Assembly (NCBI GenBank): GCA_963816355.1 | Contig: CAWFKH010000003.1 | Coordinates: 1,638,622-1,702,621 of the forward strand | Source: an uncultured Gemmatimonadales bacterium | GTDB lineage: Bacteria > Gemmatimonadota > Gemmatimonadetes > Longimicrobiales > RSA9 | Length of the DNA stretch: 64,000 nt | Direction: 5' to 3' | Shown: in pieces, positions 1 to 15,226 of the stretch | Position numbering within the stretch: the first letter of the stretch is position 1 | How the letters are laid out: each line of letters opens with the position of its first letter | Notes under the pieces: generated by a model | Databases searched by the model: none | Seen by the model: only the letters and a program-made list of their open reading frames with translations | What the model was told of the DNA's origin: nothing | Translations under genes and position numbers: made by a program

Positions 1-139
<139 letters not shown>

Positions 140-1453
140 CTACATGTAACGCTGGCGACCACGGAAGCGGACGCGGCCCTTCTTCATGAAGCCTTCGTAG
201 TGGCGCAGCAGCATATGCTGCTGCATCTGCTGCACGGTGTCGAGGGCGACGCCGACGACGATGAGCAGCGAGGTGCCGCCGAAGTAGAAGGCGCGGATGT
301 CGAACCAGCCGAAGATGAGGAACGGCAGCAGCGCGATGCCGGCGAGGTAAAAGGCGCCGGGCAGCGTGATCTTGCTGAGGACGGAGTCGATGTACTCGGC
401 GGTGCGGGTGCCCGGCTTCACGCCCGGCACGAACGCGCCCTGCTTCTTGAGGTTCTCGGCGAGGTCGACGGGATTGAAGATGATCGCCGTGTAGAAGTAG
501 GAGAAGAAGACGATCAGGATCGTGTAGGAGACGTCGTAGACCCAGTTCCCCGGGCTGAAGGTCTGCGACAGCCCCTGCAGCCATCCGATGCTGCTGAACG
601 CGGCGATGGTGCCGGGCACGACGATGATCGACTGCGCGAAGATGATCGGCATCACGCCCGCAGAGTTGATGCGGAGCGGGATGAAGCTCTTCTGGCCCTC
701 GCGGATGCGGCCACGGCCCATCACCTTGCGCGGAATCTGGACCGGGATCTTGCGCGCGGCCATCGTCATCGCGACGACGCCGGCGACGACGCCCACCATC
801 ACCGCCACGAGCACGATCAGCTTGATCGGGCTGATCACGCCGGTCGAGACCTGCTCCCAGGTGGTGGCGACGCCGGAGGGGAAGCCGTCGATGATCGAGA
901 AGAAGATAAGCAGAGACGCGCCGTTACCGACGCCGCGCTCGGTGATCATCTCGCTCAGCCACATCACGAAGACGGCGCCGGTGGTGAGGATGAGCGACGT
1001 GGTCACGAGGAACCCGTAGCCGGGCCGCGTGACGGCGCCCTGCATGCCCTGCAGGAAGACGGCGTAGCCATAGCCCTGGCCGAGCGCGAGGGCGACGGTG
1101 GCGTAGCGCGTCCACTGTGTCAGCTTCTTGCGCCCGTCCTCGCCCTCCTTCTGCATCTTCTCGATCGTCGGGAAGACGGCGGCGAGCAGCTGAAACATGA
1201 TGCTCGCCGAGATGTAGGGCATGATCCCGAGCGCGAACACGGTCGCACGCTTCAGGGCGCCGCCGACGAAGAGGTCGTAGACGCCGAACAGCGTACCCTG
1301 CAACGCGCCGAACTGCGCCTTCAGCACCTCGACGTCGAGCGACGGCACGGTGACGTGCGCGCCCGCGCGATAGACGAGGAGCGCGAGGAGCGTGAAGAGG
1401 ATCTTGTTCTTCAGCTCCGGGATCCGAAACAGGTTCGGGATCGGATTGGCCAT
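140..1453 (-). CDS. secY: preprotein translocase SecY
   Basis: FALGIMPYISASI, GVGNGASL, GVMPIIFA, FGGTSLLIVVGV motifs; spc operon position. Confidence 0.98.
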   Translation of the reverse strand: MANPIPNLFRIPELKNKILFTLLALLVYRAGAHVTVPSLDVEVLKAQFGALQGTLFGVYDLFVGGALKRATVFALGIMPYISASIMFQLLAAVFPTIEKMQKEGEDGRKKLTQWTRYATVALALGQGYGYAVFLQGMQGAVTRPGYGFLVTTSLILTTGAVFVMWLSEMITERGVGNGASLLIFFSIIDGFPSGVATTWEQVSTGVISPIKLIVLVAVMVGVVAGVVAMTMAARKIPVQIPRKVMGRGRIREGQKSFIPLRINSAGVMPIIFAQSIIVVPGTIAAFSSIGWLQGLSQTFSPGNWVYDVSYTILIVFFSYFYTAIIFNPVDLAENLKKQGAFVPGVKPGTRTAEYIDSVLSKITLPGAFYLAGIALLPFLIFGWFDIRAFYFGGTSLLIVVGVALDTVQQMQQHMLLRHYEGFMKKGRVRFRGRQRYM

Positions 1454-1456
1454 CGA

Positions 1457-2047
1457 CTACTTCTCCGAGGCGTCCGACGACGCCTCCTCCTCGCTCGAAT
1501 CGCTTTCCGCCTGCGCGGCCGCGCTCGAATCACTTTGCGCCTGCGCAGCCGCCGCATCCCGCGCGGCGACGCGCGACAGCCTGGCGGGCCGCCCGGTGGG
1601 GCCCCCGATCGTTTCCACGCTGCCACCCGCCGCCTCGATCTTGGCGCGCGCGGAGCGGGTGAAGGCGTGCGCGTGCACGACCAGCTTCCGCTCGAGGTCG
1701 CCGTCGCCGAGGATCTTGACCCCTCGCCCGCTGCCGAGGTCGACGAGACGGTAGGCGGCGAGCACGTCCGGCGTGATGACATCCTCCTCGACGCGCGCGA
1801 GGTCGCGCACGTTGACGATCTCGTATTCGGTGCGAAACAGGTTGGTGAAGCCGCGCTTCGGAACGCGCCGCTGGATCGGCATCTGGCCGCCCTCGAACCA
1901 GGGGCGATGCGGCGTGCCGGTGCGCGCCTTGTGGCCCTTGTGGCCCCTGCCGCTCGTCTTGCCGGTCCCGGAGCCGGGACCCCGGCCGAGCCGCTTCGAA
2001 CGGCTCGTGGATCCACTCGGCGACCGCAGGTCGTTCAGTTTCGGCAT
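1457..2047 (-). CDS. rplO: 50S ribosomal protein L15 with acidic C-terminal extension
   Basis: GRGPGSGTGKTSGRGHKG, FEGGQMP..RRVPKRGF. Confidence 0.97.
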   Translation of the reverse strand: MPKLNDLRSPSGSTSRSKRLGRGPGSGTGKTSGRGHKGHKARTGTPHRPWFEGGQMPIQRRVPKRGFTNLFRTEYEIVNVRDLARVEEDVITPDVLAAYRLVDLGSGRGVKILGDGDLERKLVVHAHAFTRSARAKIEAAGGSVETIGGPTGRPARLSRVAARDAAAAQAQSDSSAAAQAESDSSEEEASSDASEK

Positions 2048-2051
2048 ACCT

Positions 2052-2273
2052 CTACTCCTCGCCTCCCTCCAGCTCCTCCACCTCGACGAGGTGGCGGACC
2101 TGGAAGATCATGCCCCGGATGGAGGGCGCATCCACGTGAACCGCGCTCGCCCGCGGCCGCCCGAGCCCGAGCGCCGTCAGCGTGGCCCGGTGTTTCGTCG
2201 GTCGACCGATGCCGCTCTTCACCTGCGTGATGCGCACGCGCCCCGCCGCGGACTCCTTCTTCTTCCTCGGCAC
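2052..2273 (-). CDS. rpmD: 50S ribosomal protein L30
   Basis: ITQVKSGIG...TLTALGL...IRGMIFQVRHLV. Confidence 0.95.
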   Translation of the reverse strand: MPRKKKESAAGRVRITQVKSGIGRPTKHRATLTALGLGRPRASAVHVDAPSIRGMIFQVRHLVEVEELEGGEE

Positions 2274-2274
2274 C

Positions 2275-2796
2275 TCACACCCCCAGTTGCTCGACGGTGA
2301 TGCCCCGCTCGCGGGCCGCTTGTTCCGCCGTCACCAGCTCGGCCAGCCCGTTCATCGTCGCGCCCGCCACGTTCACGGGGTTGTTCGATCCGAGGCTCTT
2401 CGTCAGCACGTCGGTCACGCCCGCCGCCTCGAGCACCGCACGCACCGGGCCGCCGGCGATGACGCCGGTCCCCGGCCGCGCCGGCTTCAGCAGCACGTGC
2501 GCGGCGCCCTGGCGGCCGATGATCTCGTGCGGCAGCGTGCCCTCGAGCAGCGGCACATTCACCATATTGCGGCGCGCGTGCTCGAAGCCCTTGCGGATCG
2601 CCTCCGCCACCTCGTTCGCCTTGCCGCTCGCGATGCCGACGCGGCCCGCCCGGTCACCGACCGCGACGAGCGCCGTGAAGGAGAAGCGGCGGCCGCCCTT
2701 GACGACCTTCGCGACCCGGTTCACGTAGATCACGGTCTCGGCCAGATCGCTCTCGCCGCGTCCGCGCCGACCTCCACCCCGATTGTCTCTCGCCAT
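2275..2796 (-). CDS. rpsE: 30S ribosomal protein S5
   Basis: [24 protein letters not shown]. Confidence 0.98.
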   Translation of the reverse strand: MARDNRGGGRRGRGESDLAETVIYVNRVAKVVKGGRRFSFTALVAVGDRAGRVGIASGKANEVAEAIRKGFEHARRNMVNVPLLEGTLPHEIIGRQGAAHVLLKPARPGTGVIAGGPVRAVLEAAGVTDVLTKSLGSNNPVNVAGATMNGLAELVTAEQAARERGITVEQLGV

Positions 2797-2826
2797 CGAT
2801 CTATGCTCCTTGCCTCTGCGCGCGCA

Positions 2827-3210
2827 TCAGAACTCCAGGCCGCCCTCACGAGCGCCATCGGCGAACGCGGCGACGCGGCCGTGATAGATGTAGCCGCCCC
2901 GGTCGAATACGACGCGCGAGACGCCCGCGGCCTTCGCCCGCTCCGCGAGCAGCTTTCCGGCGGCGTGGCTCAGCGCCCGCTTCGAAGAGCCCTCGCCTTC
3001 CGTCCGTAGCTGGCGTACTTCCGGCGCGAGCGAGGAGACGCCGACGAGCACGTTGCCCGCCACGTCGTCCACGATCTGCCCCTGGATGTTCTTGTGCGAG
3101 CGGTGCACCACCAGACGCGGCCGCTCCGCCGTGCCGAATACCTTCTTGCGTACGCGCCTGTGGCGCCGCCGCAGCCGCGCCTCGCGTCGCTCGTTCTTGC
3201 TCGTCGCCAT
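2827..3210 (-). CDS. rplR: 50S ribosomal protein L18
   Basis: [30 protein letters not shown]. Confidence 0.97.
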   Translation of the reverse strand: MATSKNERREARLRRRHRRVRKKVFGTAERPRLVVHRSHKNIQGQIVDDVAGNVLVGVSSLAPEVRQLRTEGEGSSKRALSHAAGKLLAERAKAAGVSRVVFDRGGYIYHGRVAAFADGAREGGLEF

Positions 3211-3231
3211 CTTCGCGCTTCCTCCGCCGGC

Positions 3232-3771
3232 CTACTTGGTGCCCGTCTTGCCGGCCTTGCGCCGGACCTGCTCCCCCTGGTACCGGATGCCCTTCCCTTT
3301 GTACGGCTCCGGCGGCCGCACGGCGCGGATCTCCGCGGCCGTCTGCCCCACCTTCTGCTTGTCGATCCCCTCCACCACGATCTGCGTCGGCGCGGGGGTC
3401 GTGAGCGTGATCCCCTCCGGCTCCGGAATTTCCACCGGGTGCGAATAGCCGACGGTGATGACGAGCGTCGTGCCGCGCTTCTCCGCGCGATAGCCCACGC
3501 CCACCAGCTCGAGCGCCTTGCGATAGCCGTTCGTGACGCCCTCGACCATGTTCGCGATCAACGCCCGCGTCAGGCCGTGCAGCGCGCGCAGCGCCGGGGC
3601 GTCGCCGGGCCGCTCCACGTGAAGCGTGCCGTCTTCCGTCCGGATCCGCATCTCGGGGCGGAACTCCCGCACCAGCTCGCCTTTCGGCCCCTTCACCCGC
3701 ACGGTCGAGCCGTCGACGCTGATGTCGACGCCACCGGGGATCGGGACCGGCTTCCTACCGACTCTGGACAT
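3232..3771 (-). CDS. rplF: 50S ribosomal protein L6
   Basis: [21 protein letters not shown]. Confidence 0.98.
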   Translation of the reverse strand: MSRVGRKPVPIPGGVDISVDGSTVRVKGPKGELVREFRPEMRIRTEDGTLHVERPGDAPALRALHGLTRALIANMVEGVTNGYRKALELVGVGYRAEKRGTTLVITVGYSHPVEIPEPEGITLTTPAPTQIVVEGIDKQKVGQTAAEIRAVRPPEPYKGKGIRYQGEQVRRKAGKTGTK

Positions 3772-3784
3772 GGTTCTCCTCCGC

Positions 3785-4177
3785 CTACCAGACGAGGGCG
3801 AGAACTTCGCCGCCCACGTGCTTCGCCCGCGCTTCGGCGTCGGTCATGATGCCCTGCGACGTCGAGACGATCGCGATGCCGAGGCCGTTGCGTACGCGGG
3901 GGATCTCGCTCACCCCGGCATAGTGGCGGCGCCCGGGACGCGACACCCGCTTCAGGTCGCGGATCACCGGCCGCTCCTGGTAGTACTTCAGGTAGAGGCG
4001 CAACGCACCGTGGGCCTCGTCATCCAGGACCTTGTAGTCGTGGATGAAGTGGCTCTCCTTCAGGATGCGCGCGATCTGCGTCTTGATCTTCGAGACCGGC
4101 ATGTCCACGCGCTTGTGCCCCGCGCGTCCCGCGTTGCGGATGCGGGCGAGCATGTCGGCGATCGGGTCCGTCATCAT
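3785..4177 (-). CDS. rpsH: 30S ribosomal protein S8 (alternative start 4195)
   Basis: [34 protein letters not shown]. Confidence 0.97.
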   Translation of the reverse strand: MMTDPIADMLARIRNAGRAGHKRVDMPVSKIKTQIARILKESHFIHDYKVLDDEAHGALRLYLKYYQERPVIRDLKRVSRPGRRHYAGVSEIPRVRNGLGIAIVSTSQGIMTDAEARAKHVGGEVLALVW

Positions 4178-4325
4178 CGTGGCGTCGTCTCCCATAGTAT
4201 CCGGCCCGCGGACCGGACTTGTAGGAAGCGGTACGCCCGCCTCCGCACCTGCCGGACGGGCGTTCCTGCTCTCTCGGCGGCGGCCGCTTCGCGAAGCCGG
4301 CCGGGCCGCCGCTCTCCAGTGCGTC

Positions 4326-4511
4326 CTACCAGCTCGCCTTGCGCACGCCCGGGATCTCGCCGTTCAGGGCCATCTCTCGGAAGCAGATCCGGCAGAGGCC
4401 GAACTTGCGCAAGTAGGCGCGTGGGCGCCCGCAGCGCTGGCAGCGGTTGTTCTTGCGCACGCCGAACTTCGGCTTGCGACGCGACTTCTCGATCAGTGCC
4501 TTTTTCGCCAT
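4326..4511 (-). CDS. rpsN: 30S ribosomal protein S14, short zinc-binding (type Z) form
   Basis: 61 aa, CQRC...[15 protein letters not shown]. Confidence 0.97.
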   Translation of the reverse strand: MAKKALIEKSRRKPKFGVRKNNRCQRCGRPRAYLRKFGLCRICFREMALNGEIPGVRKASW

Positions 4512-4524
4512 CTCTCCGCCTGCT

Positions 4525-5124
4525 CTAGGCCGCCGTCTCGCGCGGGCCGGGGATGTCGCCGCCGCCGACGACGACCGGCGTGCCGCCGCGGAAGGGCATC
4601 CCCATCTCGCGCAGCAGCGCGAACGCTTCGTCGTCCTTGTCGGTCGTCGTCACGATGACGATGTCCATGCCGTGGACCTGCTGAACGGTGTCGTAGTCGA
4701 TCTCCGGAAAGATCATCTGCTCCTTGACGCCGAGCGTGTAGTTGCCGCGGCCGTCGAAGGCGCGCGTCGCCAGACCGCGGAAGTCACGGATCCGCGGCAC
4801 CGACACGTTGATCAGCCGGTCGAGGAACTCGTACATGCGCTCCCGCCGCAGCGTGACCTTGGCGCCGATCGGCATCCCTTCGCGGATGCCGAAGTTCGAG
4901 ATCGCCTTCTTCGCGCGCGTGACGACCGCTTTCTGCCCCGTGATCACGCCCAGTTCCTCGACCACCGACTCGAGCAGCTTCGGGTTCTTCGGCGCCTCGC
5001 CGACGCCGACGTTCAGAACGACCTTCTCGATGCGCGGCACGCGGTACGGGTTGGCGAACCCGAACGCCTCCTGCATCCGCGGACGCACCCGCTCCTCGTA
5101 ATGGATCTGGAGTCTCGGCTTCAT
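4525..5124 (-). CDS. rplE: 50S ribosomal protein L5
   Basis: [25 protein letters not shown]. Confidence 0.98.
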   Translation of the reverse strand: MKPRLQIHYEERVRPRMQEAFGFANPYRVPRIEKVVLNVGVGEAPKNPKLLESVVEELGVITGQKAVVTRAKKAISNFGIREGMPIGAKVTLRRERMYEFLDRLINVSVPRIRDFRGLATRAFDGRGNYTLGVKEQMIFPEIDYDTVQQVHGMDIVIVTTTDKDDEAFALLREMGMPFRGGTPVVVGGGDIPGPRETAA

Positions 5125-5137
5125 CTCTCGTGCTTCC

Positions 5138-5530
5138 TCACGACCGCTGCTTCGGGACCGGATTGCCGGAGCGCGTCGCGATGCGCTCCTTCGTGCCGTC
5201 GCTCTCGCGCTGCATGCGCGTCCGGCTCGGATCTCCGCTCGAGGGGTCGATCAGCATCACGTTCGACGCGTGGATCGGCGCCTCGAAGGTGACGATGCCG
5301 CCCTCCGGGTTCTCGTTCGAGGGACGCTGGTGGCGCTTGCGCAGGTTGACGCCTTCGACCACGACGCGGTTCTCCCGCGGAAGCGCGCGCAGCACCGTGC
5401 CTTCGGTGCCGGCGAAGTTGCCGCGGATCACCTTGACGCGGTCGCCCCGCCGCACGTGCAGCTTGGCGAGGTGTCGCGGCTTCTCCGGTGCCCGCTTGCG
5501 CCGGCGGTCCGTGTTCCGTTGTGCCGCCAT
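5138..5530 (-). CDS. rplX: 50S ribosomal protein L24 (basic N-terminal extension if first ATG is used)
   Basis: [12 protein letters not shown] (KOW), EAPIHASNV. Confidence 0.96.
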   Translation of the reverse strand: MAAQRNTDRRRKRAPEKPRHLAKLHVRRGDRVKVIRGNFAGTEGTVLRALPRENRVVVEGVNLRKRHQRPSNENPEGGIVTFEAPIHASNVMLIDPSSGDPSRTRMQRESDGTKERIATRSGNPVPKQRS

Positions 5531-5532
5531 GA

Positions 5533-5901
5533 TCAGATCACCTCCGGCGCGAGCGATACGATCTTCATGAACCGCTTCTCGCGCAGCTCCCGGCCGACCG
5601 GACCGAAGATGCGCGTCGCGCGCGGCTCGCCGGCATCGGTGATCATGACGGCGGCGTTGTCGTCGAAGCGGATGTAGGAGCCGTCCTTGCGCCGCATCTC
5701 CTTCGCGGTGCGGACGACGACCGCCTTCGCGACGTCGCCCTTCTTCACCGTACCGTTCGGGAGAGCGTCCTTCACGGCGACGACGATGATGTCACCGACG
5801 CGCGCGTAGCGCCGCCCCGAGCCGCCGAGGACGCGGATGCACTTCGCCTGCTTCGCGCCCGAGTTGTCGGCGATGCGGACCATCGATTCCTGCTGGATCA
5901 T
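5533..5901 (-). CDS. rplN: 50S ribosomal protein L14
   Basis: [24 protein letters not shown]. Confidence 0.98.
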   Translation of the reverse strand: MIQQESMVRIADNSGAKQAKCIRVLGGSGRRYARVGDIIVVAVKDALPNGTVKKGDVAKAVVVRTAKEMRRKDGSYIRFDDNAAVMITDAGEPRATRIFGPVGRELREKRFMKIVSLAPEVI

Positions 5902-5908
5902 CGTCGCC

Positions 5909-6172
5909 TCACCGGGCTTTGTCGAGGATCTCGCGCACGCGCCACCGCTTCGTCTTCGACAGCGGGCGCGTCTCCTCGATGCGCACCGTGTCGCCCATGT
6001 GCGCCTCGCCCTTCTCGTCGTGCGCGTGGAACTTGCTCGTCTGCACGATCTGCTTGCCGTAGACCGGGTGGGTGACGCGCCGGTCCACGGCGACCACCAC
6101 GGTCTTCTGCATGCGATCGCTCACGACGCGACCCACGCGCGTCTTGCGATACCCCCGTTCCTGCTCCGCCAT
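5909..6172 (-). CDS. rpsQ: 30S ribosomal protein S17
   Basis: Starts [29 protein letters not shown]. Confidence 0.97.
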   Translation of the reverse strand: MAEQERGYRKTRVGRVVSDRMQKTVVVAVDRRVTHPVYGKQIVQTSKFHAHDEKGEAHMGDTVRIEETRPLSKTKRWRVREILDKAR

Positions 6173-6180
6173 CTCGTGCC

Positions 6181-6387
6181 TCACGCGTTCTCGGGCTGCG
6201 CGAGCTCGCGCTCGCGCAGAATCGTCCTCAGCCTCGCCACATCCCGCCGCAGCGCGCGCAGCAGCGCCGGATTGTCCAGCGGCTGCGTCGCCGCGCGGAA
6301 GCGCAGACGGAAGAGCTCTTCCTGCGTCTGGTCGATGCGCTCGCGGATCTCGTCGTCCGTCATGTCGCGGATCTCGGCGGCGTTCAC
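6181..6387 (-). CDS. rpmC: 50S ribosomal protein L29 (GTG start overlapping rplP stop)
   Basis: NAAEIRDM...ELFRLRF...[15 protein letters not shown]. Confidence 0.95.
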   Translation of the reverse strand: MNAAEIRDMTDDEIRERIDQTQEELFRLRFRAATQPLDNPALLRALRRDVARLRTILRERELAQPENA

Positions 6388-6803
6388 TCCGCACCTCCCT
6401 CGCGCTCGACGAAACGGGTCTTCACGGGCAGCTTCGCGGCCGCCAGGTCGAAGGCGCGGCGGGCGATCTCCTCGCTCACGCCTTCCAGCTCGAACATGAC
6501 CCGACCCGGCTTCACCACGGCCACCCACACCTCCGGATTGCCCTTCCCCTTCCCCATGCGGGTCTCCGCCGGCTTCTTCGTCACCGGCTTGTCGGGAAAG
6601 ATGCGGATCCACACCTTGCCGCCGCGCTTGATGTGGCGGGTCATCGCCACGCGGGCCGCCTCGATCTGGCGGCTCGTGATCCAGGCGGGCTCGAGCGTCT
6701 GCAGCCCGTAGTCTCCGAACGAGACCTGGCTGCCGCGGTGCGCGGCTCCGCGCGTGCGGCCCTTGAACCGCTTGCGAAACTTGACTCTCTTCGGGGCGAG
6801 CAT
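6384..6803 (-). CDS. rplP: 50S ribosomal protein L16
   Basis: [20 protein letters not shown]. Confidence 0.98.
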   Translation of the reverse strand: MLAPKRVKFRKRFKGRTRGAAHRGSQVSFGDYGLQTLEPAWITSRQIEAARVAMTRHIKRGGKVWIRIFPDKPVTKKPAETRMGKGKGNPEVWVAVVKPGRVMFELEGVSEEIARRAFDLAAAKLPVKTRFVEREGGAE

Positions 6804-6848
6804 CGTCTGCCTCTGTCTTCGTCGATTCCGTGCGCGCGGCGCCCGGCC

Positions 6849-7511
<663 letters not shown>

Positions 7512-7512
7512 G

Positions 7513-7863
7513 CTACTCCTTCCGGTCGACGACGATGACGACGTGGCTCATCGGCTTCTGGATCGGTGCCGCGCGCCCCATCGCCGCCGCGCGCCACCGC
7601 TTCAGCCGTGGACCCTCGTTGACGTACGCCTCGCGGACGTAGAGGTCGTCGACGTCGACGAGCTCGCCCTGGCGCTCCGCCTTCTCGCGCGAATTGGCGA
7701 CGGCCGAGCGCAACGTCTTGTCGATCGCGACCGCGGCGCGCTTCTTCGAGTACTGCAGCGCCGCGTACGCCTCGCCCACGCTGAGGCCGCGGATCAGGTC
7801 GATCACGAGGCGCATCTTGCGAGGGCTCTGCGAGATGTACTTGCTGACCGCTCGTGCTTCCAT
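7513..7863 (-). CDS. rplV: 50S ribosomal protein L22
   Basis: MEARAV...[23 protein letters not shown]. Confidence 0.97.
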   Translation of the reverse strand: MEARAVSKYISQSPRKMRLVIDLIRGLSVGEAYAALQYSKKRAAVAIDKTLRSAVANSREKAERQGELVDVDDLYVREAYVNEGPRLKRWRAAAMGRAAPIQKPMSHVVIVVDRKE

Positions 7864-7874
7864 GGCGCCCCCCC

Positions 7875-8159
7875 TCACATCCGCGAGCGCTTGTCGGCGA
7901 GCTTGCCGCCGTGACCGCGGAAGAGCCGCGTCGGCGCGAACTCGCCCAGCTTGTGCCCGACCATGTTCTCCGAGACGTAGACCGGGATGAACTTGTTGCC
8001 GTTGTGCACGGCGAGCGTGTGACCGACGAACTCCGGCGAGATCATCGACGACCGGGACCACGTCTTGATCACGCGCTTGTCCCCGCGCGCGTTCATCTGC
8101 TGCACGCGCTTCAGCAGCTTCGCATTGATGTTGGGGCCCTTCTTCGTCGATCGTGGCAT
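7875..8159 (-). CDS. rpsS: 30S ribosomal protein S19
   Basis: [28 protein letters not shown]. Confidence 0.98.
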   Translation of the reverse strand: MPRSTKKGPNINAKLLKRVQQMNARGDKRVIKTWSRSSMISPEFVGHTLAVHNGNKFIPVYVSENMVGHKLGEFAPTRLFRGHGGKLADKRSRM

Positions 8160-8167
8160 CACAATCC

Positions 8168-9007
8168 TCAGGTCGTGGCCTTGCCGCGGCGCCGGCCGCG
8201 GACGATCAGCTTGTTCGTATCCTTCTTCGCCTTGCGCGTCTTCTTGCCTTCCGGCTTGCCCCACGGAGAGGTCGGTGGACGTCCGCCCGAGCTGCGGCCC
8301 TCGCCGCCGCCCAGGGGGTGGTCGACCGGATTCATCGCCACGCCGCGCACGTGCGGCCGGATGCCGCGCCAGCGCTTCGCGCCCGCCTTGCCGTAGACCT
8401 GCAGCTCGTGGTCGACGTTGCCCACCTGGCCGATCGTCGCCGTGCACTCCTTGCGCACCAGCCGGACCTCGGTCGACGGCATGCGCAGCGTGACGTGGTC
8501 GCCCTCCTTGGCCACGACCTGAGCGCCGGCGCCGGCGGAGCGCACCGCCTGTGCGCCCTTGCCCGCCTTCAGCTCGACGTTGTGGACCTCGGTGCCGAGC
8601 GGGATCTCCGCCAACGGCATCGCGTTGCCCACGCGAACGTCCGAGCCGGGACCCGCCACGACGTTCGCGCCCACCTCCAACCCGCGGGGGTGCAGGATGT
8701 AGCGCTTCTCGCCGTCCGCGTAGTGGATCAGCGCGATGTTGGCCGAGCGGTTCGGGTCGTACTCCACCGCCGCCACGCGGCCCGGCACGCCGATCTTGTC
8801 GCGCCGGAAGTCGATCTTGCGGTAGAGCCGCTTGTGGCCGCCCCCGCGTCGCCGCGACGTCACGTGACCGGAGTGGTTGCGTCCGCCGCTCTTCGACAGC
8901 GGCTCCGTGAGCGCGCGCTCGGGTCCCTTGCGCGTGATCTCGTCGAAATCGGCCACGGAGCGGAAGCGCGTGCCGGGGGTGACCGGCTTAAACTTCTTGG
9001 TCGGCAT
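8168..9007 (-). CDS. rplB: 50S ribosomal protein L2
   Basis: [29 protein letters not shown]. Confidence 0.98.
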   Translation of the reverse strand: MPTKKFKPVTPGTRFRSVADFDEITRKGPERALTEPLSKSGGRNHSGHVTSRRRGGGHKRLYRKIDFRRDKIGVPGRVAAVEYDPNRSANIALIHYADGEKRYILHPRGLEVGANVVAGPGSDVRVGNAMPLAEIPLGTEVHNVELKAGKGAQAVRSAGAGAQVVAKEGDHVTLRMPSTEVRLVRKECTATIGQVGNVDHELQVYGKAGAKRWRGIRPHVRGVAMNPVDHPLGGGEGRSSGGRPPTSPWGKPEGKKTRKAKKDTNKLIVRGRRRGKATT

Positions 9008-9297
9008 CAGACCCCCTCGTAGACGTCGATCCGCTCGCCCTCGGCGAGCTTCACGATCGCCTTCTTGAACGCCGCCCGCCGGCCGACGCTGCGGCCGACG
9101 CGGCGCCACTTGCCGCGGTAGTTCATGGTCCGCACGTCCACGACGCGGACGCCGAAGAGCGTCTCGATCGCCCTGCGGATCTCGATCTTGTTGGCGCCGG
9201 GATCCACGATGAACGCGTAGGTGTTCGCCTCGTCCGCGAGCAGCGTCGAGCGCTCGGTGACGACCGGCCGGATCACGACGTCGCGCAAATCACGCAT
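9007..9297 (-). CDS. rplW: 50S ribosomal protein L23
   Basis: IRPVVTE, ANKIEI, KKAIVKL. Confidence 0.97.
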   Translation of the reverse strand: MRDLRDVVIRPVVTERSTLLADEANTYAFIVDPGANKIEIRRAIETLFGVRVVDVRTMNYRGKWRRVGRSVGRRAAFKKAIVKLAEGERIDVYEGV

Positions 9298-9943
9298 GCG
9301 CCACCTCCTCCGCGCGCTCGAGCGCGCTCACCTCGATCAGCACCGTGTCCGCCCACAGCACGTCCAGCGCGGATTCCTGACCGAAAGCGCGGACCTGCAC
9401 GCCGGCGAGGTTGCGCGCCGACAGGTGGACGTTCGACTTCAAGCCGTCGGTCAGGATCAGCACGTTGCCTCTCGCCTCGACCGCCTCCAGCAGCGCCACG
9501 ATCGCCTTCGTCCGGGGCGCCTCCAGCTCGATCGCCTCGACGAGCCGCACGGCGCCCTCCTCAGCCCGCGCGTTGTAGGCCGAGCGCCGCGCCAGCCAGC
9601 GCAGCTTCTTCGGGACGTCCTGCGTGAAGTTGCGGCCGACGCGGGGCCCGAAGACCGAGCCGCCGCCGCGCCACTGCGCGGCTCGCGTCGAGCCCTGGCG
9701 CGCGCGCCCGGTGCCCTTCTGCCGCCACGGCTTGCGGTTGCCGCCGCTCACCTCGCGGCGCGTCTTCGTCGACGACGTGGCCTGGCGCCGGTTCGCCAGC
9801 GCCGCCTTCGTCGCCTGCCACAGCGCCGCCTCGTGCACCACGCCGTCGAAGAGCGACGTCGGCAGCTCGCGCTCTCCGCTGCGCTCTCCCGCGGCGGTGA
9901 ACACGTCCGCCTTCAGCGCCGTCTCCTTCCGCTTCGCCGCCAT
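9290..9943 (-). CDS. rplD: 50S ribosomal protein L4
   Basis: KPWRQKGTGRARQGS, WRGGG.VFGP. Confidence 0.97.
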   Translation of the reverse strand: MAAKRKETALKADVFTAAGERSGERELPTSLFDGVVHEAALWQATKAALANRRQATSSTKTRREVSGGNRKPWRQKGTGRARQGSTRAAQWRGGGSVFGPRVGRNFTQDVPKKLRWLARRSAYNARAEEGAVRLVEAIELEAPRTKAIVALLEAVEARGNVLILTDGLKSNVHLSARNLAGVQVRAFGQESALDVLWADTVLIEVSALERAEEVAHA

Positions 9944-9945
9944 GC

Positions 9946-10566
9946 TCACGCCTTCCGGATCGTCACGAGACTGTTGCGCGCGCCGGGCACGGGGCCGCGG
10001 ACGAAGACGAGATTGTGCTCGACGTCGACGCGGACCACGCGCACGTTGCGCAGCGTCTGGCGCTGGTTGCCCATCTGCCCCGGCAGCTTCTTTCCCTTGA
10101 TCACGCGCGAGGGGTTCGTGCCGGGCCCGAGCGAGCCGGGATTGCGCGACTTCGGGTGACCGTGCGAGCCGGGGCGGCCGACGAAGCCGTGGCGCTTGAC
10201 CACGCCCTGGAAGCCCTTTCCCTTGGTCGTCCCGCTCACCACGACGCGGTCTCCGGGCTCGAACTGCCCCACGTCGAGCGACTGCCCCAGCTCGTAGCCG
10301 CCGACGTCCTCGAGCCGGAACTCGCGCACCGCGCGCGGCGCCTGCTCGAGACCCGCCTTCGCGGCGTGGCCCCGCTCGGCGCGCGTCGAGCGCCGCTCCT
10401 TCTTCGCGCCCCAGCCGAGCTGAACGGCGACGTAGCCGTCGCTCTCCTCGGTCTTCACCTGGGTCACCACGCAGGGACCGGCCTCGATGACGGTGACCGG
10501 GACGACATCGCCCGTTTCGCCGAACACCTGCGTCATCCCCACCTTGCGTCCGATGATCGCTGCCAT
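9946..10566 (-). CDS. rplC: 50S ribosomal protein L3
   Basis: GRKVGMTQVF, KGKGFQGVVKRHGF. Confidence 0.98.
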   Translation of the reverse strand: MAAIIGRKVGMTQVFGETGDVVPVTVIEAGPCVVTQVKTEESDGYVAVQLGWGAKKERRSTRAERGHAAKAGLEQAPRAVREFRLEDVGGYELGQSLDVGQFEPGDRVVVSGTTKGKGFQGVVKRHGFVGRPGSHGHPKSRNPGSLGPGTNPSRVIKGKKLPGQMGNQRQTLRNVRVVRVDVEHNLVFVRGPVPGARNSLVTIRKA

Positions 10567-10572
10567 GATCGC

Positions 10573-10884
10573 TCAGTCCACCTTGATCTCGACCTCGACA
10601 CCGGCCGGCAGATCGAGCTTGGTGAGAGCGTCGATCGTCTGCGGCCGCGAATCGATGATGTCGATCACGCGTTTGTGCGTCTTCAGCTCGAACTGCTCGC
10701 GGCTCTTCTTGTCGATGTGCGGCGAGCGGAGCACGGTCCACCGCTGCACCCGCGTCGGCAGAGGGATCGGCCCGCTGATGCGCGCCCCCGTCTTCTCCGC
10801 GGTGCGCACGATGTCGGAGGCGGTCTGGTCGATCACCGCGTGATCGAACGCCTTCAGCCGGATGCGGATCTTGCCTTTAGCCAT
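10573..10884 (-). CDS. rpsJ: 30S ribosomal protein S10
   Basis: [29 protein letters not shown]. Confidence 0.98.
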   Translation of the reverse strand: MAKGKIRIRLKAFDHAVIDQTASDIVRTAEKTGARISGPIPLPTRVQRWTVLRSPHIDKKSREQFELKTHKRVIDIIDSRPQTIDALTKLDLPAGVEVEIKVD

Positions 10885-10891
10885 GCCGCTC

Positions 10892-12085
<1,194 letters not shown>

Positions 12086-12115
12086 GGTCGCTCCCCCTGA
12101 AGTGACGCGCCCGAA

Positions 12116-14212
<2,097 letters not shown>

Positions 14213-14229
14213 CGTATCCCTTCAGCGAC

Positions 14230-14700
14230 TCACCACCGGTAATGCGCGAAGGCCTTGTTGGCCTCCGCCATCCGGTGGACGTCGTCCTTCCTCTTGATCG
14301 CGCTGCCCTCGTTGCGGGCCGCCGCGAGCAGCTCGTTGGCAAGCCGCTCTGCCATCGATTTTTCGCTTCGCTGGCGTGAAAACGTCACGAGCCACTTGAA
14401 CGCCAGGGACTGCCGCCGCTCCGGCCGCACCTCGACCGGCACCTGATAGGTGGCGCCGCCGACGCGGCGGCTCTTCACCTCGAGCGACGGCTTCGCGTTG
14501 TTCACCGCCTGCTTGAACACGTTGAGCGCCGGCTGCCCGGTCTTCTCCTCGATCGTGCGCATCGCCTCGAAGAAGATGCGCTCCGCGACCGATTTCTTGC
14601 CCTCGAGCATCAGCACGTTGATGAACTTGCTGACGGTCGTCGAACCGTACTGGGGGTCGGGCGGGATCTCCCGCTTTACCGCACGCTGGCGTCTGCTCAT
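14230..14700 (-). CDS. rpsG: 30S ribosomal protein S7
   Basis: [27 protein letters not shown]. Confidence 0.98.
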   Translation of the reverse strand: MSRRQRAVKREIPPDPQYGSTTVSKFINVLMLEGKKSVAERIFFEAMRTIEEKTGQPALNVFKQAVNNAKPSLEVKSRRVGGATYQVPVEVRPERRQSLAFKWLVTFSRQRSEKSMAERLANELLAAARNEGSAIKRKDDVHRMAEANKAFAHYRW

Positions 14701-14703
14701 CGC

Positions 14704-15075
14704 TTACTTCGGCCTCTTCGCGCCGTACTTGGAGCGCCCCTGGCGACGGTCCGAGACGCCGCTCGCGTCGAGCGTTCCGCGGATGATGTGGTAGCGCACG
14801 CCCGGCAGGTCCTTCACGCGGCCGCCCCGGATCAGGACGATCGAGTGCTCCTGCAGGTTGTGGCCTTCGCCCGGAATGTAGGCGGTCACCTCGATGCCGT
14901 TCGTCAGCCGCACGCGCGCGACCTTGCGCAGCGCCGAGTTCGGCTTCTTCGGCGTCGTCGTGTACACGCGCGTGCACACGCCGCGCTTCTGAGGATTGCC
15001 CTCGAGCGCCGGCGCCTTCTCCTTCTTCTCGACCTGCTGGCGTCCCTTGCGGACGAGCTGGTTGATTGTCGGCAT
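14704..15075 (-). CDS. rpsL: 30S ribosomal protein S12
   Basis: [32 protein letters not shown]. Confidence 0.99.
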   Translation of the reverse strand: MPTINQLVRKGRQQVEKKEKAPALEGNPQKRGVCTRVYTTTPKKPNSALRKVARVRLTNGIEVTAYIPGEGHNLQEHSIVLIRGGRVKDLPGVRYHIIRGTLDASGVSDRRQGRSKYGAKRPK

Positions 15076-15167
15076 GCCTGACCCGCGTTGTGGTTCCCAG
15101 CGAAAAAACGCGGGGACGCTACCGGTCCCCGCCGGGCCGGCCAAAAAGGTGACCGGACAGACTAGCA

Positions 15168-15196
15168 AAGGTATGGTTGGGGCCGAGAACTGTCAA
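15168..15196 (-). promoter_or_regulatory. sigma70-type promoter of the str operon
   Basis: Minus strand TTGACA-17 nt-TACCTT about 90 nt upstream of rpsL. Confidence 0.7.
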
Positions 15197-15226
15197 GCCG
15201 TGCCGGGAGACAAGCGAGGGGGCGGA

